From a virus: a stretch of 64,000 bases of DNA. A program made the position numbers and the translations under genes. The notes under the pieces were generated by a model. That model searched no databases. It worked only from the letters and a program-made list of their open reading frames with translations, and was not told the origin of the DNA. The DNA is taken from IMG/VR virus record IMGVR_UViG_3300045988_171858; one strand, written 5' to 3'. Positions 1 through 7,253 of this stretch are shown here, piece by piece; position 1 is the stretch's first letter, and every line of letters begins with the position of its first letter.

Positions 1-1382
1 AGGCCATCGATATTTACAGACTTGCTATTAAGGGTAATCGCCGTATTGGCAGTTGCACGAAAATCAGCGTCCTCCAACAAACGCAACATAAATTGGCTTA
101 AATCGCCACCCATAATTGCATGTGCTACACCTACCATCTTAGATTTAAGCATAGGAGACACAATATCAACGCCCAGATAGTCGATCAATGCGTCAACATT
201 GGCAACGTTTGTTACCACACCTTTCAAGTGGTGGAAGCTAACCACGCGCATTTTGCCGTACTGCTGGATTAAGGTTTTACGGGCATAGCATGCACCACCA
301 CCCAGATTCATTGCCAAGGGGTGGGCTTTAGCTTGTTCCAGGGTCTTAACTTTGTTGCCTTCTTCGTCCGTTACAGACAACAGCACCGCAACCTTACGTA
401 CGCCAATAGATACCTTAGTGTCCAGATCGGGATTCAGGATGCCCCTAGCAATAGCCTTTTTAACATCATAAACGCTGATGTATTTACCAGTCAGCTCAGG
501 ATGATTAACCGCTACCATATTATTACCAGCTTTGCGGCTAATGAACATAGCCTCTCCAACAGGCATTCCAAGTTTCCAACTGGTATCAGGAGACGTATTA
601 AGCAGGTCGCCCTGTTTGACCACTACACCTTTAGGTGCAGGTTTATCGGCTTTAACAACTACGACACCTCCTGATTTACGCTTCAGGGCGTCTACCAATT
701 TTACACCTTCAGTATTGATTCCGACCATCCAGTCGAGCAGAACTTCGATAGATTCTGTGACTGACGCAATCCCATTCTTGTAAGACACAAAACCGTGACG
801 GACAACAGTTTCGCGGCCCAATGGAGAATTGATCAAAGAAGTTGCAATAGTCCCACGTTGTGCAACAACGCGAACAGAGCCCTTTTTAGGACGGCGGATG
901 TTAATATCCACTTTACCCACGATAGGCAGGCTTTCACCGGCTTTGATAGTGCAGATTTCACGAGCCCAGCTTTTGATAGTATCCAGCTCCTCTTGTGTTG
1001 GCTCTTTGCCGGCTTTAACTTGCTCAATGCGCTGCACGTGGCAAGGCACACCTTCTACTTCAAAACTGTAAGCCATTTCTTCCTCCTTGGCTGTATTTAA
1101 AACAAGGGCCTCTACTTCTGCATTAGCCCAAGATAATGCTTCTTTTCTAGAGCCCACCTCTTTAACAGAAATGACAGTCCCGTCTTTGACAACCGCTATT
1201 AATTCAGGACGCATAGCAGCGGCTTTGCTATTACTCAGAGCAACAACCTCAACACCAGCTACGGCACGAATGCCGGCTTTGATGTGAGCTTTATGCTCGT
1301 ATTGTTCTACAGCAGCTTCGTAAGCTTTAGCAGCAGCAGCATTAACAGAAGAAACAAAGGTTTTGAAAGTAATAGTTGACAT
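1..1382 (-). CDS. hypothetical protein, partial (3' end beyond window edge)
   Basis: My manual minus-strand translation from ATG (1382..1380) is open to position 1 (MSTITFKTFVSSVNAAAAKAYE...). It is absent from the ORF track, presumably because no stop lies in the window. An AAGGAA sits about 8 nt upstream of the ATG. All + strand ORFs listed here are short and overlapping. Confidence 0.75.
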   Translation of the reverse strand, partial: MSTITFKTFVSSVNAAAAKAYEAAVEQYEHKAHIKAGIRAVAGVEVVALSNSKAAAMRPELIAVVKDGTVISVKEVGSRKEALSWANAEVEALVLNTAKEEEMAYSFEVEGVPCHVQRIEQVKAGKEPTQEELDTIKSWAREICTIKAGESLPIVGKVDINIRRPKKGSVRVVAQRGTIATSLINSPLGRETVVRHGFVSYKNGIASVTESIEVLLDWMVGINTEGVKLVDALKRKSGGVVVVKADKPAPKGVVVKQGDLLNTSPDTSWKLGMPVGEAMFISRKAGNNMVAVNHPELTGKYISVYDVKKAIARGILNPDLDTKVSIGVRKVAVLLSVTDEEGNKVKTLEQAKAHPLAMNLGGGACYARKTLIQQYGKMRVVSFHHLKGVVTNVANVDALIDYLGVDIVSPMLKSKMVGVAHAIMGGDLSQFMLRLLEDADFRATANTAITLNSKSVNIDG

Positions 1383-1513
1383 AATAATTTCCTTTTTGTA
1401 AGTAAAATAAAAAATAAAAGATAAACTGTTTCGGATGTTTTCATCCATCATCAGCAGAGACACACATCTCTGGACAGTAAGCAGTTTATAGTCATGCTTA
1501 GGACATTAAGACA

Positions 1514-1669
1514 TTACTCTGGAGTGTATCCAGTTAATTCAGAGCACTCTTGAAGAGTATGATGGCTAGTTACCTTACAGTGCTGATAATCGCTTCTACG
1601 CATTGCATTACCAGCAGCGTTGAACAATACAACAGTAACGATGGCAATCAGGATGTAACGGATTTTCAT
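1514..1669 (-). CDS. small (51 aa) membrane/secreted peptide
   Basis: Manual translation gives MKIRYILIAIVTVVLFNAAGNAMRRSDYQHCKVTSHHTLQECSELTGYTPE*. It has a hydrophobic N-terminus and 2 Cys, with AAGAAAGG upstream of the ATG. It falls below the ORF-track length cutoff. Confidence 0.5.
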   Translation of the reverse strand: MKIRYILIAIVTVVLFNAAGNAMRRSDYQHCKVTSHHTLQECSELTGYTPE

Positions 1670-1763
1670 GATAATACCTTTCTTAGGTTAGGTTAAATAA
1701 AATAATGAGACAGAATTATCTCATTTATAATAACACTCTGTATTGAATGCCATTATAGATAAG

Positions 1764-1804
1764 ATAAAAAGAGGATGTGTAAGACTGGAGTTTCCTACAC
1801 ATCC
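1764..1804 (-). terminator. intrinsic terminator candidate for the 54-aa gene
   Basis: The 8-bp stem GGATGTGT (1773-1780) pairs with ACACATCC (1797-1804). On the minus strand it is followed by TCTTTTTAT (plus 1764-1772). It lies just downstream of the stop at 1836. Confidence 0.5.
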
Positions 1805-1835
1805 TAAAGTTATTCACAACAATAAGAGAGTAAAC

Positions 1836-2000
1836 TTAGAGGTCACACTCTCCTTTTTTGCTTTTGCAGTATTTGTCAACAGAGGTCATGTTGACCTTAT
1901 CAGTGACCTTTTCTGCTGCACCTTTAGCTCCAGAGAACATGAATGAATAGAAGCTAAAAGCAAAGAATGCTACAACAGCGGCGATGATGAATTTTTTCAT
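1836..2000 (-). CDS. small (54 aa) membrane/secreted peptide
   Basis: Manual translation gives MKKFIIAAVVAFFAFSFYSFMFSGAKGAAEKVTDKVNMTSVDKYCKSKKGECDL*. It has a signal/TM-like N-terminus, with AAAGGA about 7 nt upstream of the ATG. Confidence 0.5.
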   Translation of the reverse strand: MKKFIIAAVVAFFAFSFYSFMFSGAKGAAEKVTDKVNMTSVDKYCKSKKGECDL

Positions 2001-2123
2001 GGTAAGTCCTTTCGTGACTAATAAAGGTTAAAAAGAATTTATAAATGAAAGCTATCCAGTTCACCCCAGGGGGCAAATTCCGGATATATCCCCATGGACA
2101 GGGATATCATTAATAGACACCAG

Positions 2124-2350
2124 GTCCTCACACGCATTACATCAACAACTCCAACAACATATCCTGCCTGTTCTGGTGTTGAATGTCCTCACACACATTT
2201 TCATTCGATTCACTGAAACACCTTCATTTCATGAACTTTTCGGAAATACCGTCCTCACACGCATTACATTCACCTTTTCAAAAATACATCCATTTCATAA
2301 AACATTTTGCCCAAATATCCTCACACATATCACTCACACACCTCACACAC
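2124..2350. repeat. degenerate direct-repeat (iteron-like) array, core TCCTCACAC(G/A)CAT
   Basis: Copies start at 2124 (GTCCTCACACGCATTACAT), 2185, 2251 (identical 19-mer to 2124), 2317 and 2341, spaced 61, 66, 66 and 24 bp apart. CATTTCAT(G/A)AA sub-repeats occur at 2224 and 2291. Confidence 0.8.
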
Positions 2351-2579
2351 CTCAAGTTTCACGCCATACCATTAGCCCATTCTCACTTCACTTCCAACCA
2401 ACCCCCAATCAGTCTTTTTGCCTTCGGCAAAAATGATGGGTCCGCCGCGCCGGTCAATCTGATTTTGGGTCAATTATCACCCATCTGACCCCTGGGGGCT
2501 CAAATCAATGGGGTGTGGGTGTTTGGTTTTGGTCGGGCCGCCCATTTTAAAATTTTGTCATTTTTCACAGTCCCACGGG

Positions 2580-2608
2580 TTGACTTTTCTCATTGTTTCT
2601 GTTCTAAT
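2580..2608 (+). promoter_or_regulatory. sigma70-like promoter candidate for the rightward gene block
   Basis: TTGACT (2580-2585), a 17-nt spacer, then TCTAAT (2603-2608), about 80 nt upstream of the ATG at 2690. Confidence 0.35.
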
Positions 2609-2689
2609 TGTTTCTACAGGGAGGGTCGCTCCCTCTTCTGTCTATTGATTCAGATTTTTAAAAAGCTTTTTAGAAAGTGATTTTGTTTT

Positions 2690-3196
2690 ATGGCAAATTT
2701 GCGACAATCAATCTATGGCGGCATGTCTGAGTTTCTGCTTCGTTCGGAGAAACAGGCACAGTTCACCGCTGCTGCGGCTGTTGGCGCTGCCGCCTTCGGC
2801 GGATATGGTGTTGCTAAGGGTGCCGTCTCTGATAACACCACCATGTTTGGTGGTGGTGTTGGTGGTGCAACCTTTGGTGCCGCTGCCGGGGCCGGATTGG
2901 CTTATGCAGCTTCAGGTGCTCATGGGAAGGGTCTCAGGAATGTTCTGAGGAACCTGAACAACAAATTTTCGGGAGCAGATCTTGCTGCCGAAGACATGAT
3001 CCGCCGGACAAAAGAAATCGGCATGTCTCCCCAACAATGGGAGAGTGCTGCATTGGCGAGAAAACAATACCAGTTCGGCGATATGAACTATAACACAAAC
3101 GACCTTGTCCATTCTGTTAAAAAGAACCGTGGTTTCCAAGATGTTTCAACCACAGGAAAGAAAGAATGGGAAGCCTGGTTTGACGGAGGGAAATGA
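2690..3196 (+). CDS. hypothetical protein with Gly/Ala-rich (glycine-zipper-like) segment
   Basis: 168-aa ORF and the first gene of the + strand block. It contains AAAAVGAAAFGGYGVAKG...GGGVGGATFGAAAGAGLAYAASGA. Its stop overlaps the next start (ATGATG). Confidence 0.75.
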   Translation: MANLRQSIYGGMSEFLLRSEKQAQFTAAAAVGAAAFGGYGVAKGAVSDNTTMFGGGVGGATFGAAAGAGLAYAASGAHGKGLRNVLRNLNNKFSGADLAAEDMIRRTKEIGMSPQQWESAALARKQYQFGDMNYNTNDLVHSVKKNRGFQDVSTTGKKEWEAWFDGGK

Positions 3197-3795
3197 TGGG
3201 ACTGTTTAACACATTCAATCGTGAGAGGGCTGCTTATCGTTCTGCTGCCCGTGCAGCTGACAATTCCCTTCGTAACAAAAGGGCTGTTTCAAGTGCCGGT
3301 TTCACTCTTGCTTCTGATGTTAGGGGCAAGTTTGGTTCTGCTGCTTTGGCAACTGGTGCTACATTTGGTACCGTCGGGTATGCATATAACACGGCTACCG
3401 GCGGTGATGATTTTAGTGGGGCTACAAACGGCATGATGGCCGGTGCCCTTATCGGTGGTGCCCGTGCTGCCGCTTCACTCACTAAAGCCGGTAGAGACGG
3501 ACGTATCATCAAATCAATCAGTCAGTTTAACAATCGGGCTAGAAATCCTAGTGCCCCATTGGACACATCGACATTCACTGAAGCCCTCTTCGGGGGGATG
3601 GGATCTTCTCTTGGCAAATTTAACAATGCCAGCAGAAGTCCTGTGAATCGGACTGCGGCGGCAGCTAAAGCTGCTAATGCATCCGGAGCCGGAAGTCGTA
3701 ACACATATGCCGGCTACAACGCCAGGGTTGTTGGAGACAATTTGACTAACAACTATGGCAAGAATCCTGGTGCAGATGGATTCTTTAAACTTTAA
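3193..3795 (+). CDS. hypothetical protein, Gly/Ala-rich
   Basis: 200-aa ORF with a start coupled to the previous stop. It has similar small-residue-rich segments (GATFGTVGYAYNTATGG..., GMMAGALIGGARAAAS). Confidence 0.75.
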   Translation: MMGLFNTFNRERAAYRSAARAADNSLRNKRAVSSAGFTLASDVRGKFGSAALATGATFGTVGYAYNTATGGDDFSGATNGMMAGALIGGARAAASLTKAGRDGRIIKSISQFNNRARNPSAPLDTSTFTEALFGGMGSSLGKFNNASRSPVNRTAAAAKAANASGAGSRNTYAGYNARVVGDNLTNNYGKNPGADGFFKL

Positions 3796-3812
3796 ACTAG
3801 GGGAAAATAAAG

Positions 3813-4127
3813 ATGTCTGAACAAGACGAAAGTGCCGTTCTTGGTATTAAAATCCCGAAAAGCTTTAGCATCATCGGGTTGTTCTCTGCTCTTTGCTCTA
3901 TTGTATGGGGTTCATGGATTGGAGCGACTACAATGGCAAGAATGGAGTCTCAACAGGCAGCTATGGCAACTACCCTTGAACAGATTAAGTCCGATTTGGT
4001 CACTAAGAATGAGCTAGAATCTCGCGTTCAACTTATTAATGGCATGATTGACCGGAACAAGGAAGATCTTCGTCGTCACGAAGATAGAATTTCCAATCTG
4101 GAGGGCGAGCGCCGTAGAGGCCAATAA
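3813..4127 (+). CDS. single-pass membrane protein with coiled-coil tail, a lysis-cassette candidate (holin/antiholin or i-spanin-like)
   Basis: 104 aa with a TM-like segment (SFSIIGLFSALCSIVWGSWIGA) followed by a charged helical region. It lies two genes upstream of the lysozyme. Confidence 0.4.
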   Translation: MSEQDESAVLGIKIPKSFSIIGLFSALCSIVWGSWIGATTMARMESQQAAMATTLEQIKSDLVTKNELESRVQLINGMIDRNKEDLRRHEDRISNLEGERRRGQ

Positions 4128-4145
4128 GATATAAAAGGAAGCTAT

Positions 4146-4451
4146 ATGGGAACTGTAAAAGGAAACCTGATTGCTTTCATATCTAGAAAACTGTTCTTCT
4201 CACTGTTAATCTTTGGTGTCTGTGCCTGGCTTCTCTCTATTGGGAAGCTGGAATCAGGCTCCTTCGAGACTATCACTATTTCTATCATAGCCGTCTATCT
4301 AACTTCGAACATTGCAACCAGATATACGGTATCGAAAGGTAAGCTTATTGCAGAGGCTGGGCAGGGTCAGCTTGCCCCGCCGCCTTCTCATGCCGAACCG
4401 GCAGAGTATGAGGAATATGTAGAAGACATAGAAAATGAGCCAAAAGGTTGA
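4146..4451 (+). CDS. two-TM small membrane protein, holin candidate
   Basis: 101 aa with two hydrophobic helices (LFFSLLIFGVCAWLLSI and ITISIIAVYLTSNIA) and an acidic C-terminus. The call rests on topology and position only. Confidence 0.4.
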   Translation: MGTVKGNLIAFISRKLFFSLLIFGVCAWLLSIGKLESGSFETITISIIAVYLTSNIATRYTVSKGKLIAEAGQGQLAPPPSHAEPAEYEEYVEDIENEPKG

Positions 4452-4492
4452 TTTATAACACTTTTCTTTGAAACAGAGGAAACCAGATTAAA

Positions 4493-4981
4493 ATGTTGTT
4501 AGAACGATTGAAACAAAACTCAGCGATTCGCAGGCAATTTGGCGTCCATGGTCGAATCAGACTTCGATTTAAGGATGGGAAAGAGGCCTTTATCTACACG
4601 CTGGAGTCCCCGTGGGACTATAATCATGACGAGCCTAACGGCATTGTTGGTCTTAGCTGTATTAAAGATGGTGTTTATCAACTTTCTATTGAAGAATCTC
4701 CCGTTCATAAGATAAAATTACCGTTTCTCGTCAATCCTCAAAATGGGGTCCAGTTGCATCAGAAGAATGCGGCAACAGACCGGTGTGGGCATGCCTTTTG
4801 CCATATTGTCGACAGGGATATTTATAGTATTTACGGGAGATATATTCTAATTGGGGCTGATACTAGATATAATAGCCAGGGTTTCTATGAGCCAATAGAA
4901 GGGTATAAGGCGTATACCCTATTGATGAAATATTTAGAAGAAACCGGCGATAAGGAGGTAAAGATTACATGGGTGAATTGA
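4493..4981 (+). CDS. hypothetical protein
   Basis: 162-aa ORF with AGAGGAAACC upstream, overlapping the endolysin start by 13 nt. I could not verify any motif. Confidence 0.7.
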   Translation: MLLERLKQNSAIRRQFGVHGRIRLRFKDGKEAFIYTLESPWDYNHDEPNGIVGLSCIKDGVYQLSIEESPVHKIKLPFLVNPQNGVQLHQKNAATDRCGHAFCHIVDRDIYSIYGRYILIGADTRYNSQGFYEPIEGYKAYTLLMKYLEETGDKEVKITWVN

Positions 4982-5466
4982 TTAAGGATTTTAGCCCTAA
5001 CTGCGTCAAACTTACGGAACACTTCGAGGGTGTCGTTTTGCACAAGTATGATGACGGCGTTGGTAAAATCACCATTGGGATTGGGCACGCCATTAAACCT
5101 GGCGAAACCTTTCCTGAGAAGATTACCCCTGAGTTTGCAAGGGAATTGCTGATGAGGGATTTGCAGATTGCTAAAAATGCAATCCTGAAGAATGTGAAAG
5201 TTCCTCTGAACCAGTGTCAATTTGACGCTCTCGGTGTCTTCATTTTTAATGTTGGAGCATCTGCTTTTGCTAGCTCCACTCTATTGAAGAAACTCAATGC
5301 GGGCGACTATGATGGCGCCTCTAAAGAGTTTATTCGCTGGAACAAAGGGAGAGTTAAAGGTGTGCTTGTTGAAATGCCGGGTCTTACTAGACGTCGGTTT
5401 GCCGAGCAGAAGCTGTTTAACTCGAATCCAGCGTTTGGTAACCCTCTAAAATTCATTATCCAATAA
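4969..5466 (+). CDS. endolysin, GH24 (T4/lambda-type) lysozyme
   Basis: It has E-x8-D-x5-T catalytic spacing (LTEHFEGVVLHKYDDGVGKITIGIGH). It also carries the family motifs QCQFDALGVFIFNVG and GLTRRRFAEQKLF. Confidence 0.9.
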   Translation: MGELIKDFSPNCVKLTEHFEGVVLHKYDDGVGKITIGIGHAIKPGETFPEKITPEFARELLMRDLQIAKNAILKNVKVPLNQCQFDALGVFIFNVGASAFASSTLLKKLNAGDYDGASKEFIRWNKGRVKGVLVEMPGLTRRRFAEQKLFNSNPAFGNPLKFIIQ

Positions 5467-5470
5467 AATA

Positions 5471-5505
5471 AGCTCCAGGGTGTTTGCCCCGGAGCTTTTC
5501 TTTTT
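5471..5505. terminator. bidirectional intrinsic terminator between convergent genes
   Basis: AGCTCC(A)GGG (5471-5480) pairs with CCCCGGAGCT (5487-5496), followed by TTTCTTTTT on + and by TATTTTATT on the minus strand. Confidence 0.7.
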
Positions 5506-6370
5506 AGCTGATTGGATTAGAACGGAAGGAAGTTGAGAATGAGTACATCACCTCTCTGTAAACCAGAGGTAGATTTTTAACCATTCTTGCGTCGGTTGAA
5601 TCATCTACTTCTTTGATTCTCAGATTTGAGACGGAGAATTTATTTTCTAAGTCTCGGATAGAATCCTCGCCGTATTCCAATGCAAGGAAATCCATCAGTC
5701 CTGTTACTGTTTTGAATGGATTGTCTTCGCCGTCTTTTAGGCCGTCTTCAATTTCGGCGATTAGCGATTTTGGCATACAGAGATTGATTTTCATCTCTTT
5801 GTGTGGAACCCATTTCATCGCTCTATTGTAGTTGATTGCTGTATTGACCAGCATTGCAACCAATTCTTTCGGAGGAACCACATAGCCATCTAGGCTTTGT
5901 TCTACTACTGCTGTGTAGTTGGTTCTATATTCGCCTACTGCCAGTTTACGAAGCTCTGGGATCGGTTTATCTTTTAGAACTTCGTATGGCTGCTTGTATG
6001 TGTAACGGTAAACTGGATATTCAATAATTGCGGCGCTCAAGAAGTATTTATTTTTCAGCTCTTCAATTCCGCGCATTGAAGTTCGTTCTTCTCGGTTTAC
6101 CATATAGATCAATGGGTAAATATTAACTTCATCGCAGGCAAACAGAGGGTTGCGCATTTTTCTTTCGTAGAAGATTTTTCCGACCTCATTGTTTACAGTT
6201 TCATTTGAAGCCCATACATCACGAACACCAGTATTGTCATTATAAGCCACACGAGGAGTGAGACACATGGCACAGGTAGAGCCAAGGTTATAATAAGTAA
6301 TACGTTCTGGTTGTGATTGGAAAAATTGATCTTGCAGAAATTCGCTTTTGCTCATTTTGTATTCTTTCAT
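5504..6370 (-). CDS. hypothetical protein (lone reverse-oriented gene)
   Basis: The ORF track gives 5504..6415 from a GTG start. I prefer the in-frame ATG at 6370 (MKEYKMSKSEF...), and the ATG at 6355 is also possible. I recognised no motifs. Confidence 0.7.
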   Translation of the reverse strand: MKEYKMSKSEFLQDQFFQSQPERITYYNLGSTCAMCLTPRVAYNDNTGVRDVWASNETVNNEVGKIFYERKMRNPLFACDEVNIYPLIYMVNREERTSMRGIEELKNKYFLSAAIIEYPVYRYTYKQPYEVLKDKPIPELRKLAVGEYRTNYTAVVEQSLDGYVVPPKELVAMLVNTAINYNRAMKWVPHKEMKINLCMPKSLIAEIEDGLKDGEDNPFKTVTGLMDFLALEYGEDSIRDLENKFSVSNLRIKEVDDSTDARMVKNLPLVYREVMYSFSTSFRSNPIS

Positions 6371-6516
6371 TGTTGTTATTATTCTTGTTATAAGGTTGCT
6401 TCCGACATCCCTCACTACAGATATGTATTATACGGAAAATGAACATAAAAGTCAAGTTTTTTATGATTTTTCTTCTCTTTAAAATCAATGGCTTATAAAA
6501 TAGTCTAAAAATCTTC

Positions 6517-6546
6517 TTGACTTCAACCATATTTTTAGTGTACAAT
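6517..6546 (+). promoter_or_regulatory. sigma70-like promoter candidate (upstream of the consensus promoter)
   Basis: TTGACT (6517-6522), an 18-nt spacer, then TACAAT (6541-6546). Confidence 0.4.
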
Positions 6547-6589
6547 TGATCATTTTGTTGATAAGAAATGTAAAGATTACAAATAGTGC

Positions 6590-6618
6590 TTGACAAGCGG
6601 GTTAAAAATCCGTATAAT
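6590..6618 (+). promoter_or_regulatory. perfect-consensus sigma70 promoter
   Basis: TTGACA (6590-6595), exactly 17 nt of spacer, then TATAAT (6613-6618). No ORF follows with a plausible RBS. Confidence 0.75.
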
Positions 6619-6826
6619 AGCACCTATGATGTTGATGACGGAAGAACACCGTGTCGGGATAATCTACGGCGTCCGGTCTTCAAGAGACATCATCTTACTG
6701 TGAATTAGTCCTAGAGAAATCTAAATAACCTCGAGAGGCGAGGTCGGATGAGACAGTAATGAAACTCCTAGACGTGGGCGAGCCTAACCAAAGGAGTCAG
6801 TCGAAAACTCGTTGTTGAAGTAGCGT

Positions 6827-6880
6827 AAACTCCCTGATACAAACTCCCTGATTCAAAGTAATGTATCAAAGTAATACGAG
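6827..6880 (+). repeat. four consecutive 13-14 nt tandem units
   Basis: The units are AAACTCCCTGATAC (6827-6840), AAACTCCCTGATTC (6841-6854), AAAGTAATGTATC (6855-6867) and AAAGTAATACGAG (6868-6880). Confidence 0.8.
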
Positions 6881-7253
6881 AGGTGGCGAGTATAAATAAA
6901 TTTCCTGTTATGCAGTGGATTGTAACCGAAAATGATACAAGTAGGCCACATGGGAAGATGAAACATCTCTGGTCTTGTAGAGATAGCATATTGAGCTACA
7001 AGATGATACCGAAAGGTATGACTATAAATGGAAGTATAAACGGTCCATGGATTGAGTTCCTTGGAGGGTCAAGATGGGTGAAGAAAAAGCCTAGGGCATA
7101 GTTCTCTTACAATTAGGATTATGTCAGTAAGACATCTACGTTGTACAACAAGGTTAGACTGGGTTTAGTTAGATTAGATTCTAACTAGAAGACTGTATCA
7201 ATTTTTGTCTTCTAACCGTGCTTGGTTAGGCCTAACTGTATCTACAGAAAACG

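Noticed and set aside
321-1287. Several 66-117 aa + strand ORFs listed in the track (321..674, 532..783, 795..1100, 829..1071, 1087..1287).
   Set aside because: They overlap one another and all lie inside a single uninterrupted minus-strand reading frame of more than 460 codons that has a proper start context. They are shadow ORFs.
2176-2488. Two overlapping ORFs of 86 and 101 aa across the C-rich repeat region.
   Set aside because: Their His/Thr/Ser-rich peptides simply reflect translation of the TCCTCACAC repeats. They have alternative starts and no RBS, so the region is better read as non-coding repeat DNA.
2415-2498. Idea that the hairpin and CCCCWGGGGG palindromes represent a protelomerase (telRL-type) site.
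   Set aside because: Known telomere-resolution sites are long near-perfect palindromes. Here there are only short separate palindromes and an 8-bp hairpin, and no protelomerase gene is in the window.
6891-6898. TATAAATA, identical to the T4-type late promoter consensus.
   Set aside because: It is a single occurrence in an A/T-rich region, and the late genes in this window do not have the motif upstream. Nothing suggests a T4-like late transcription system.
6768-7101. A 72-aa (+, GTG start) and a 73-aa (-) ORF in the ORF-free region.
   Set aside because: The GTG directly abuts the only purine-rich stretch, leaving no spacing for an SD. Both ORFs are at the length expected by chance in 1.3 kb, and they overlap each other on opposite strands.
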